DNA of 63,547 bases, filler included. It is 9 parts of 9 records of this genome, joined end to end, with 100 filler letters (N's around TTAATTAATTAA, not from the genome) between each part and the next. Parts side by side here need not be neighbours in the genome. Positions count along the whole stretch, not along the records: positions 42,932 to 51,074 come from SRR7504441_7550; positions 51,175 to 56,998 come from SRR7504441_7566; 7 more parts are not named here. The stretch is one strand, 5' to 3'. The notes below the pieces were generated by a model. That model made no database searches. It was not told the origin of the DNA and worked only from the letters and a program-made list of their open reading frames with translations. Positions 44,025-54,100 of the stretch are shown here, one piece after another; positions within the stretch are counted from its first letter, which is position 1, and every line of letters begins with the position of its first letter. The position numbers and the translations under genes were made by a program.

Positions 44025-46544
44025 CTATGATTGATTCGTGTCGGTGTCGTTTCTAGCGCGGAGAGTTGTCGTAGATTGAATAGAGCGTAAGGATTTTGCC
44101 AAGAAACCACGTAAGGAGGTCCACTCGTTGGGCGTCCAAGTGGGCGAGTCATTTGTGCGCCAGTCATCAAAGTAAGTCGGCGAATTAAACCTCAAGACCT
44201 CGAAGTTGATGAACTCGTCGAATCTGAGGGCGTACTGCTCTGGTGGGATGGCTGTAATCCCCAGGGGGTCTCCCTCGGTCCGACACATGCTAAGAAAACA
44301 CGCCAACGCTTTCCCCTGCGTAGCCCAGCCACAATTCCATGTCTCGAGTGCATCAATAATCCCCATGCAGAAAGCAGTTGGGTCGGTTTCTCGGCCAGAC
44401 TCCACCTCCCCGACAAGATCGCTAACTTCGCCTGCGGCACCATGTACAGTGTGACTCTCGCCGCTGGGCTGCGGCATGACGTGGGCATGGTGCTTGACAC
44501 CGAGCAGCAAGCTGTAGTCGAGCAAGTTTTGCGAGGCCATGAACTTAGAATCACGCCGTACCAAACTTGACATCGCGCTCTTGGCCTCATCTGACAGCTT
44601 CAACCGACAATGGAGGTCTCTCCAGTCCCAATCAAGCAGATCGCGTCCCTCCCCGCCAGCCTCCACCTGTCGCAGCTCGTCATCGTCGAGCCTGCGTCTG
44701 TTGGTGGTGGCGCCCTTGAGATCGAACGTGAGCGCAAAATTGGGCTGCACCGACGGGGTTCTGCACAGGCCGTTGGACTCGGAGGGGGCGACTGATAAGA
44801 AGTTCTTCATGACAACGAAGTACATCTTCCTTGAAGTCCGGCTACGTATCCCGGCCCATTTGATCGAGTAGCAGCCATAGTAGTGAATCATTGTATCCGG
44901 GTGTGCGCAGCAATGCCTCAGATACGCTTCCGACATCTCCAGCAGGTTGTCCTTCTCGTGCTTGGTTACCTGCTTCACAATTAACCGACGGTTAGGAGAG
45001 AAGTAGAAGTAGGAGCCCGAAGCGCCAGAGCTTGTGATCTCCTTCATTTTCGACTGCTCAAACGTGTTCTCAGTATCATCCTTCTTGACAAAGGTCACAA
45101 TCTCAGCGAACGCCGATTCATACTGCGCCGGGTCCACCCCCAGGGATCGCCGCACCGCCTCGAATAGAAGTGCTCTATAGTTGGTGAAGTCGAAATCGCC
45201 CGACTCGGGATCAGCGGAGGCTGCGATCCGAATTATGGTTCGTGAGCCCCTCGAGTTGATTGTGTCTTCGCCTAACTGCACTTCCGCGATGTGAAGTCCT
45301 GTCTTGCTCCGGACAAGCTCGTGGTCCTCTCCGGACAAGCCCCGGACAAGGCCTGTCACTGCCCGCGCCGCCACGTGTTTGATCGTTTCGCCGAGCCCTG
45401 ACGGCGACGCATGGAGTTCGGTCACTCTCCTTAAGCCTTCTGTCGGATCCACGTCCTCTTGTTGGGAGACGCAAGCCATTATCTGGCTTGCGGACAGATT
45501 TGCCAACACACTCAGCCCAACTGCCTCCCTATTGCGGAACAGCAGCTCCCTGATGGCCGTAGGAGCGCCCAACTCGGCGCAATCGGAAGATGTGAGCGGC
45601 CGGTTGCAACTGGCCTTGATCAGCTCGAACAGCATCAGCCCGACCGCCGGCCGGATCTGGCTGCAACTTTCGGTGATGCCCACCGCGGTCAGTAGAATCA
45701 GCTCGTGCCGCAGCTCCTCCTCCAGCGCATGCGCATCGCTCTCGACAACAGCACCGCCGGCACAGTAGTCGGCCCACAGCGCATACGCGCTGGTGGCCAC
45801 TAGCCAGATCTGGGTGTCTAGGGCCATGGTGGCGATGTTGGTCACATTGTACGCCATGTTATCGCTGATGCTGCCGTCGTTGCGAGTCACCAACGCGACG
45901 CCCACACGCGTGGCATCCATCAGCGCGAATCCTACCAGCAGCATTACTTCTTGCCGTGTCACCCGAGCCCGCGAGATCGCCGAGAAGTTGAGCCCTTCGC
46001 GAAGCTGGAAATCGACCAGCACCATCAGCAGCAGCGACAAGGCGATCATCCCGACCGCAACCCAGGGGATAATACCTTCCGACGTGGCCCGAGCATCCAG
46101 TGAGGCAGCGTCCGGGTTCATCTGGTGGTGTGTCCGGTAGTGAATGTACTGGCCGGCCCAGAACACGAGCACCAGGAAGGCCGTGCTCCAGCAGAACCAG
46201 TGCAGCTGCCGGCGCCGTTTAAAGTAGCTCTTGAATGGATTCCAGACCACCAGAGAGACCTCCGCTTCGGCAGCGATCGTCCACAGGATGGCGCAGATGA
46301 TCGCCAGATCCCTGGCCGCCGCGAGCGCCGGCTCATCCTCCCAGTCCGGGCGCGCGGCCCCGAGCAGCAGCGTGAGTCCGCTGACGAACTGGCAGCCAAA
46401 CCGCCACAGGAACAGCCCGGACGGCGGGCCACGGAGCGGGGGGAAGCGCCAGTAGCTGAGCGCCACTAGCAGCTGGAGCAGCCAGCACACCGGCACACCG
46501 ATCAGCCGGGTCAGCCGGATGTCCTCCGGCATGCCGCTCCCCAT
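44025..46544 (-). CDS. GPCR-PIPK: 7-TM receptor-like domain fused to phosphatidylinositol-phosphate kinase, intronless
   Basis: Seven hydrophobic helices, then LRHELILLTAVGI; SGASGSYFYFS, LIVKQV, FVVMKN, FDLKG, LLDYSLLLG, MGIIDAL, PPEQYALRF. Confidence 0.9.
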   Translation of the reverse strand: MGSGMPEDIRLTRLIGVPVCWLLQLLVALSYWRFPPLRGPPSGLFLWRFGCQFVSGLTLLLGAARPDWEDEPALAAARDLAIICAILWTIAAEAEVSLVVWNPFKSYFKRRRQLHWFCWSTAFLVLVFWAGQYIHYRTHHQMNPDAASLDARATSEGIIPWVAVGMIALSLLLMVLVDFQLREGLNFSAISRARVTRQEVMLLVGFALMDATRVGVALVTRNDGSISDNMAYNVTNIATMALDTQIWLVATSAYALWADYCAGGAVVESDAHALEEELRHELILLTAVGITESCSQIRPAVGLMLFELIKASCNRPLTSSDCAELGAPTAIRELLFRNREAVGLSVLANLSASQIMACVSQQEDVDPTEGLRRVTELHASPSGLGETIKHVAARAVTGLVRGLSGEDHELVRSKTGLHIAEVQLGEDTINSRGSRTIIRIAASADPESGDFDFTNYRALLFEAVRRSLGVDPAQYESAFAEIVTFVKKDDTENTFEQSKMKEITSSGASGSYFYFSPNRRLIVKQVTKHEKDNLLEMSEAYLRHCCAHPDTMIHYYGCYSIKWAGIRSRTSRKMYFVVMKNFLSVAPSESNGLCRTPSVQPNFALTFDLKGATTNRRRLDDDELRQVEAGGEGRDLLDWDWRDLHCRLKLSDEAKSAMSSLVRRDSKFMASQNLLDYSLLLGVKHHAHVMPQPSGESHTVHGAAGEVSDLVGEVESGRETDPTAFCMGIIDALETWNCGWATQGKALACFLSMCRTEGDPLGITAIPPEQYALRFDEFINFEVLRFNSPTYFDDWRTNDSPTWTPNEWTSLRGFLAKSLRSIQSTTTLRARNDTDTNQS

Positions 46545-46827
46545 CGCTGGCCGCCCGGCCCGTGCCACACGAGATCGCCCCAACCGACCGACGTTGTTGT
46601 TGTTCCAACGCGTCCCTATTCGCATTTTTGAGTGAAATGTCTTGGCGTTGCGCTCCCCTCCGATTGGGATTAGGGTGTGGGCTCATCCATGCTCATCAGC
46701 AGGCTCTTTCACCATTGCTGTCCGCTTGGTGTAGCAGGTAACAGTGATTTCATCGCCAGCACTCCAGCCTTGGCTCGCACCCGCATATGGACTGAGTATG
46801 GGGGGTGTCCAGCGATGTTCCACTTAA

Positions 46828-47193
46828 TTAAGTACTTTGAGCATCTGACGCGACGGTGATCTCAGGGTCTGTTATCTTGATGGGGTAAACATCGGAGGTA
46901 AATCCCACCGCCCCGCACGGCAGTAGCGCAGTAGCCCAAGCAGCGCCTTGCGCCCGCGGCTCATCTACACGATCTATAAGCTTCTTCACCTTGTCCACCT
47001 CCGCCTTTTTCCCCTCCCCTTGCTCCTTCTCTGCGCTGAGCTGGGCACTGAGGCTCTTGTTTTCAGCCCTCAGGCCCTCCAGTTCCCTCGCCGCTTCTTT
47101 CAGCTCCTCATACAACAGGACCACCTCATCCTCCTCGCCTCCTCTTTCTCTTCCGCTCCTTCCGGACCGTTCGCCTCCTCGCCCGTTGGCCAT
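46828..47193 (-). CDS. Short hypothetical coiled-coil ORF
   Basis: Open frame with LYEELKEAARELEGLRAENKSLSAQL heptads; purine-rich composition unlike neighbours. Confidence 0.35.
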   Translation of the reverse strand: MANGRGGERSGRSGRERGGEEDEVVLLYEELKEAARELEGLRAENKSLSAQLSAEKEQGEGKKAEVDKVKKLIDRVDEPRAQGAAWATALLPCGAVGFTSDVYPIKITDPEITVASDAQST

Positions 47194-47204
47194 CAACGCT
47201 CTGG

Positions 47205-47846
47205 ATGCCGGCCTGCGGCCAGTGCGGCGCCATGTTTAAGCGGCCGCTCGACCTGCGGGTGCACCAGCGGAGCTGCCCGCGCGTCCCTCCCGAGGGCGCT
47301 GCCCGCCGCCAGCCTGCACCCGCGGCGGACAAGCCGGTCAGCCAGCCGGCCCGACCGCACCGTCGGGACCTGAGCGCGTGGGCCAAGCTGGAGCTCCAAC
47401 GGCTGCTGGCCGAGCTCAGGCTGGAGCTGCCGGGGGACGCGCCGCTCCCGTCGTTCCCGCCTAAGGCGGTGCGCGAGGCCGGGATTCCGCCGATCGCCGA
47501 GATCGAGCAGCGGGTGAGTCTGGAGCTTCGGGTGGGCACGGTGGGCAAGGTGCAGGGGGTGATGCAGGCCGGGGCCGGGGAGGTGTCGTACGACCTGGGG
47601 GTGCGGATGCACCTGGACCTGTTCGTCAAGGAGGACGAGGCGGTCAAGGCGCTGGTGAGCGGCACGGTGGAGCTGGCCTCGCTCACCCAAGACGAGCTGG
47701 AATCCAGCCTGCCCCAGTACGAGTGGCGGTGCGAGCATAAGCAGTGGCGGCCCACGTTCGACGAGCTGGCCCCGATGCTCTGGCCGGGCGTGCAAGATAA
47801 GGTCCGGCGGCTGGTTGAGCTCGCAAAAGCGGAGTGCGGCGACTGA
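47205..47846 (+). CDS. C2HC zinc finger plus Aha1 N-terminal-like domain
   Basis: CGQC..F..L..HQRSC; RDLSAWAKLELQRLL, SYDLGVRMHL, GTVEL pattern. Confidence 0.55.
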   Translation: MPACGQCGAMFKRPLDLRVHQRSCPRVPPEGAARRQPAPAADKPVSQPARPHRRDLSAWAKLELQRLLAELRLELPGDAPLPSFPPKAVREAGIPPIAEIEQRVSLELRVGTVGKVQGVMQAGAGEVSYDLGVRMHLDLFVKEDEAVKALVSGTVELASLTQDELESSLPQYEWRCEHKQWRPTFDELAPMLWPGVQDKVRRLVELAKAECGD

Positions 47847-47945
47847 CAACGGTTGATAAGCGACTGGGGCATATAGATACTTGATGTTATGCTTTCGAAT
47901 AAATTTACTTATCCGTACTAGGTACTCGTGTATGTAGCTTTGAAT

Positions 47946-49438
47946 TCAGAGCTCTTTATCCGGGGTGCGGGCGGTCAGCCTTCTGAGCGCCCCGCGTTGC
48001 TCAAGCACCCGCGCCAGGCAAAGGTTTGAGAACCAGTCGCTCCCGGGCATCTGCCGCACTCCGAACCGCGAGCCCTCGCCCAGCCCTGACAGGAACAGGG
48101 CCGAGGCCCGAAGCAGCGCCGTATCCCGCAGCTCCAACTGGCCCCCGCCCTGCCAGGCCAGCCCGGGTGCGCCGGCTTCGAGCTTATGCAGCACGAGGTA
48201 ATCCGAATCCATCCCCGGGGCGCACTCAATCGCCGCGCACGCCTCCCGGTGCAGCGCCGCGGCGCCGTCGAGCAGAGAGGCCACGTACCCGGCCGCAGCC
48301 TGACCGGGGCTCACGCAGTGCGGCACACTCTCTGACCTGCGAGTGGGCCGCCGCCACCGGCTGGGGCTTTTGCTCTCTCAGCTGGGTGAACACTTGTCGG
48401 AGCACCGGCAGGTGTGCCTCACTCACCGCAGCCTGCCCCCGGCTCAGCCCGCAGCCTCGGGGCCGGCACCTCGAGCAAGCCCTCCAGCCGCACAAGTGCG
48501 CTCGCAGCGGCCGCGTCCAGCTCAGCTCGGTGCGACGGACGCGAGTAATTCAGCGGAAGCGGCCCGCGGATCCAGAACTGCTCTGCAGTGCCGGTCATCT
48601 CTTTGACAGCCATTGCGACCGCATGCTGTGCGAACTGTGCCATCTCTCGCGAGCGCCAGGTTGTCCCCCTGAGCAGCCCTAGCAGCAGCTGGTGCCACTC
48701 GCAGTTCTTCACCGGCGACACCGTCAAGTGCAGCGAGGCCGTCTGGTCCAGACTCGACGCGTTGTGCACCGCGCCCCGAGGCACGTACAGCGCACTGCCG
48801 GTCTCAAGCGTGCCACTGTAAAGCTCGTCGAGTGCCACAGACTCCGCCGGCTGCTGCCACGGCCGACCCACCAGCTGGGTCCGGGTGGGCTCCTGCCATC
48901 TGGTCCGCCGGAGCTGCCATCGCTTCCGGCCGGCCAGCTGAAGGATCAGCCCGGGCTTGGCGTCCGTGTGCGGTGTGAATCCGCGCGACTGGTGCGGACT
49001 CAAGTACAGGTTGGCCATGAACGGCAGGCCCAGCCGTTCGGCTAACCCGGCCATCAGCCCAGCCAGCGGCGGCCAGAGCGCCGGAACTAGGTGGCAGACC
49101 AGGGTGCCGCCCGCCAGGTACCCGGCGTGGACCGACCGGTTGTAATCGTCCATCCGGTCGCGCATCCCTTGATTGAACAGCTCGCAGTTGGCCTGACTCC
49201 GGCCGGTGGTCGGGTCCTGCAGCTCGGGCCGCCGCTCGGCCCAGCGCTGCACCGCCAGCAGCTGCTCCACCTCCGCCAGCCCGACCAGCCCCGAGGAAGG
49301 CCCCGGGCCCACCAGCACGCCCGGCGGCTCCGGCTGGCCCCAGCCCCGGGCTATCCGCTCGGACAGCCGCTCCGCCCAGTCCGTCTCGGCCCAGCACACC
49401 GCTGCCACCGCCGCTACCAGCCGCAGAGCCTGCCTCAT
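47946..49438 (-). CDS. JmjC/cupin-4 (RIOX1/NO66/YcfD-like) 2-oxoglutarate oxygenase with signal-peptide-like N-terminus; ~2 introns
   Basis: ANLYLSP, GFTPHTD, LQLAGRKRW, LYVPRGAVHNA, SLHLTV; intact HxD..H triad. Confidence 0.88.
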
Positions 49439-49508
49439 TCGCCCGAATCCCGGGGCGATCAACGGATCGGCTGTTGGGGTTTGGGACGGCCGACGGCCGA
49501 CGGCGGCG

Positions 49509-49997
49509 ATGTCGGCGATGGCATTTGCCAAGTCGAAGGGAGAGCGGCGTCGCAGAGCCGGGACGAGTGCCAGCCCCAAGAGAGATACGCACCCGACTTA
49601 CGGCGAGGCCAAGCTCTGGCTGGCTGGGGAGGAGGAACTGGATCCGTCCCAGGTGCCGATCTTGTTGGAGCAGGTTTTCAGCACCCCCGAGGAGTGGCGG
49701 GCGTTCGCGGTGAGCCTGCAGGATGCGATGGAAGCTGCGCCGTTGCCGTGCCGCGGTAACTCGTGCCTAGTTGGCAGCGGGATGATCTTGTCCTGCCTAA
49801 CCCTGGCGCTGCTCCCGTGGCCGTGCTGGTGCTACTGCCACAACCAGCAGGAGACACGGTTTGAAGAGGCCGTGGAGCGTGTCCTGCGGGCGTGGAACCA
49901 GCAAAGTGTCTGGGAGGCCTCGCTCCACGACGTCTCCGAGCTCTGGGAGCCGGCATACATCGCCTTTGACAGGGTAGATCCAAGCAGTAGTCAGTAG
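49509..49997 (+). CDS. Small Cys-rich hydrophobic protein, Erf4/GOLGA7/CHIC-like
   Basis: STPEEWRAF..L.D helix, ILSCLTLALLPWPCWCYC, VERVLRAWN. Confidence 0.5.
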   Translation: MSAMAFAKSKGERRRRAGTSASPKRDTHPTYGEAKLWLAGEEELDPSQVPILLEQVFSTPEEWRAFAVSLQDAMEAAPLPCRGNSCLVGSGMILSCLTLALLPWPCWCYCHNQQETRFEEAVERVLRAWNQQSVWEASLHDVSELWEPAYIAFDRVDPSSSQ

Positions 49998-50197
49998 TCA
50001 AATACTAACACCAAGTTACATCATTATGCGATTTATTCGTGATTGATCATCAGTTATCTATAGGCATTTAAGCTTAGTCATATAGAGCCCAAAGTGGCCG
50101 TTGAGCCTCAACGATTTTTCCAATGCAATGAGGCGCGGAGCACGGGGTTGAGTTCCCGCAAGGGAATCGCTGTCGTGAATTTAAACGTCTGGTTTTA

Positions 50198-50965
50198 TTA
50201 TGCCAGTGCGTCTGCTATGAATTGCTTGACTGTCGGGGTGAGCTCCTTGGGGATCATGATGTGCCCGCCCGGGTGGCTGGCTAGCACCGGCTGCTCGAAC
50301 AGCTCAGCCAGCTCCCGTGACCGCTCGCCCGACACGAACTCGTCCGCATCCCCGGTCACGTGCAGCGACCGGACCGCCAGTCGGCCGCGGATCAGCCCAC
50401 TCACCGCCGGGTCAGCCGGTGCAAAGCAGCTCACAAACATCCCAAATCCGAACTGCTCCGGCATCTCAGCCAGCAGCACCGCCGCCGGCACCCCGCCCTG
50501 CGAGAAGGCGAGCAGCCCCGCGAACGGCCCCTCCTCGCGCACCTTGGCCCTGAGCGCATCCAGTGGGCCGATCCAGCCGTTATACCCCCGCGAGCTCACC
50601 GGGCGGGTCTGGCCGTCCCCGGCCTCGGCAGGGTTATACCAGGCGCGCAGGTCCTGCTCGGGGTCCGGGGTCAGCTCCGGGTGCACTGCCAGCGGCGACT
50701 CCGCGAAGACGAACTCGGGCTTGCCGGCCGGGAGCTTGATCGCCTTCCGGCGCAGGTTGGAGGTCCGGGAGGAGAATATCTCGGCCGACTGGCAGAACCC
50801 GTGCACCATCAGCACTTTGCGCGACCCCGCCGGACCGGCGGGCCCCGGGGACTCGCCAGCGGCGGCCCGCGGCTTCCACTTGGGTGGCTTGTTGGCGTCA
50901 GTTTCCGGGTTGGCGGGAGCGGGCGAGCTACGGCCCGAGGTGTAGCACAGGTACTCGTACAGCAT
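50198..50965 (-). CDS. FSH1/OVCA2-family serine hydrolase
   Basis: VLMVHGFCQSAEIF, RAWY, GPFAGLLAFSQGG, SLHVTGDADEFV, HPGGH. Confidence 0.92.
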   Translation of the reverse strand: MLYEYLCYTSGRSSPAPANPETDANKPPKWKPRAAAGESPGPAGPAGSRKVLMVHGFCQSAEIFSSRTSNLRRKAIKLPAGKPEFVFAESPLAVHPELTPDPEQDLRAWYNPAEAGDGQTRPVSSRGYNGWIGPLDALRAKVREEGPFAGLLAFSQGGVPAAVLLAEMPEQFGFGMFVSCFAPADPAVSGLIRGRLAVRSLHVTGDADEFVSGERSRELAELFEQPVLASHPGGHIMIPKELTPTVKQFIADALA

Positions 50966-51074
50966 CGGAGCTCCTCCTAAAGGGGCGCGCTGCCCGTGCA
51001 CCGTGTAAACCTCCAGCGTTGTCTCGTACAGACCTAGCCTCAGGCTCTGCTACGCGCCGCACTGACAGCCCCGC

Positions 51075-51174
51075 NNNNNNNNNNNNNNNNNNNNNNNNNN
51101 NNNNNNNNNNNNNNNNNNTTAATTAATTAANNNNNNNNNNNNNNNNNNNNNNNNNNNNNNNNNNNNNNNNNNNN
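51075..51174. other. Artificial contig linker
   Basis: N44-TTAATTAATTAA-N44. Confidence 0.98.
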
Positions 51175-54100
51175 TTAGCTCACGTTCCATTGCAGCCTCT
51201 GCCTCTGCACGCCGCTCCTCAGCCATCTTCTCCTCAAACTGCTTCTGAGCCTCACGAGCGTTCTCCTCAGCACGCTTGAGCAGCTCTGTGAATTGACCGC
51301 GTAGCTGGTCTTCGTACTCAATCCTGGAGCCTTCCATATCACGCTGCCGCTCAACCAGTTCCTCCTCGCGCTTCTTCCACTCCTCACGATCTTGGGCTTC
51401 ACGCTCAGAAACAACCTGCCTTGCTTGTTCCATAGCCTCGGCCATCATCTTGGAGTAGCGCTCACGCACATCCTCTTCATAAGCTGCAGTGGAAAGCTGA
51501 GCCACCTTAAGCCGCTCACGGTGATCCACTTCAAGCCTCTCACGCTCCTGTTCAAGAGACTCCTTGTACTGATTCATCTCGTTCCGGAAAGCTTCCTCTT
51601 GGTTGAAGAGAAGACCCTCATATTTTCCCCGCACACTCTCTTCCTGCTCAATACCAGCAAGCTCGCGAAGCCTTCGCTCCTTGGCATTGGACCTAACCAT
51701 TTCATCAAGAGCATTAGAGTGAAGCTCGGCTTGGTTGCGCATCTTCTCGTCATATTGCTCACGCAGAGCCTCCTCAGTCTCAACAGCCTTGGTCTTGAGC
51801 TGGCTGTCCTTGAGCAAGTACTCTTTCTCTAAGTCATCACGCTGGGCATCCACAGACTTGCGCAGGTTATCATACTGCTGCTCATGCATCCTCTCCAGCT
51901 CAATCCGCTTGTCTTCATATCGCGCACGCACATCTTCCTCAAACTCTGCCTTTTTTAATTCGATGTCCCTGATGCGTTGGAGCTCCTGCTGAGAGCGCCG
52001 CTCTGCGTCCTCATGCAACTTGGCTTGATCACGTAGACGCTCAGCTTGCATCTCCTCATTGTGCTGCGCCAGCAGGGTCTCATAAGTCTCACGCACCTCC
52101 ACCTCATATTTGGCCTTGTCCTCAGCAGACTTTCGCATGAACTCTGATTGATCCTCATTCATCTTTGCCCATGCCCGCCGCTCCATCTCTTCACGCTCCT
52201 TGATCTGTGTGGCCACCTTGCTCTCAATCTCAGACACAGTCTGATCACAACGTTCTTGCAAGGCCTCTGCATGGCTGCGTTTGTCAGCCTCATGCTCACT
52301 CCTGAGGTTGGCCTTGAGAGTCTCCATACGCTGCAGCATCTCTTGCTCATGAGCCTCACGGCGTGCAGATTCAGCCTGAACACGCTCTTCGCACTCTGCT
52401 TGTGCAATTGCAGTCTTCTCGCGCATTGCTGACACCTCATCAACGCGGCGCTTCTGCTCAGCAAGCTCATCATCCTTGACCTTCTTCAGCTGGGTTTCGT
52501 ACTGGTCGCGCTCCCTGCTGAATTTACGATCCATGTCAGCAATGAGTGTTTTGAAGCTAGACTCGACATCCAAACGCTGTGCCTCAAACTTGGCCTTGGT
52601 CTTGTCTTCAAACTCTGTCTGCAGCCGTTTTAGCCGCTCCTCACCGCGCCTCAGCTCAGTGATCACACGCTCACGCTCCTCAGCCAGCTCGCCATCTTTG
52701 GCTGCAATTGCCTCCTTGCACTGCTCCTCTACCTGCTGCATCAACGACGCATGCTTATCACGCACATCCCTTTCAAATCGAGCACGCTCCAGTTCCATTT
52801 CAGCCTCCTTTGCCTTGATCTCACTGAGTGCATCATGGTTAGCCTTGTTGGCTGCCTCAGTCAACCGAGTGCGCTCCTCACTGAACCTGACCTCCATCTC
52901 CTTGAGCGTCTGCTGATACTTATCACGCACATTGTCCTCATGGCGGCGCTTTTCAAGCTCCACCTTGTCCATAGTGGACCGGACTTCAGCAGACATCTGC
53001 TCACGCTCAGCCTCAAGAGCAGCCTTCTCATCTGCTGCTTGGCGACGGAGTCCTTCCTCAAGTGACTTGTGTTGCATTGTCAAGCGTTCACGCACCGCAG
53101 CCTCATTCGTAGCTGCCTGCTGCTCCAGCTCTCGCTTCTTGTGATCAACCTCAGCCTCCATTCGAGTTTTTTCAACCTCAAGCAGCCTCTTTGCCTCGGC
53201 TACCTCAGTACGCGCCTGTGACTCAACTTCCCGACCCTTGGCCTGGAATCGCTGGTTCATCTCGTCCTCAGCAGAGCGCTTCTCGGCAGTCACTTTGACC
53301 CGGAGCTCATCCATTGCCTTAGCCTTCTGATCCAACTCAGCTTGCATCTGGTTGTACCTAGCACGCAACTGAGTCTCACGAGCGTTCATCTCATCATCCA
53401 CAGTGCGATGGAAGTCAGCCATATCTGCCTCCATCTTGGTCCGCTCGGCAGCAAGCTGTTGCTCTCGCGAGACTTCAGCTTGCTGTGCACGCTTCTTGTA
53501 CTCGTCAATGAGGTCGTTGGCCCGCCGCATTGAATCAGCCTCAATCTCAGCCTTCATCTCATCAAAGCGGGATGTCAGCTCAAGCTCGCGGGTAGTTCGC
53601 GCTTCGCGCTCAGACTCAGCCTTCTCCTGTGCCTCCTTGGACAGCTTCTTGAACACGTCAACAGCTTCGTTGGCCTTCTTGCGCACCTCAGCCTCAAAAG
53701 CAGTCTGACGAGCCTCAAGCTCCTTGGCCATGTCCATTTCCATCAGCTTGAGCCGTGCGCGCTCCTCTTCGCGCTCAGCACGAGCCTTCTTGGCCTCATC
53801 CTCAAACTCGGCAATGCGCTGAGTGGCCCGACGCTTGACTTCTTCCTCGAAAGCCTTGCGCTCAAGTTCCATGTCCTTCTGGGCAGCCCTGACTTGCTCC
53901 TGAACCACAGCCTTTTCGCGCTCTGAATCCTCGCGAGCCTGCACTGCCATTGACTTGTAGGTTTCCACCAGCTCGTTGGCCTTTCGCTGCACTTCCATCT
54001 CATGCACCTGCATTGCCTTCTCAGCCTCACGCTGCATTTCCATCTCGCGCTTGGCAAGGGTAGAGCTGGCCTCCTCTGCCTTCTGGCTTGCAGCCTGGGC

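Noticed and set aside
46822-46833. ACTTAATTAAGT palindrome as a piggyBac footprint or linker remnant
   Set aside because: Removing one TTAA does not restore the frame; no flanking Ns or element ends.
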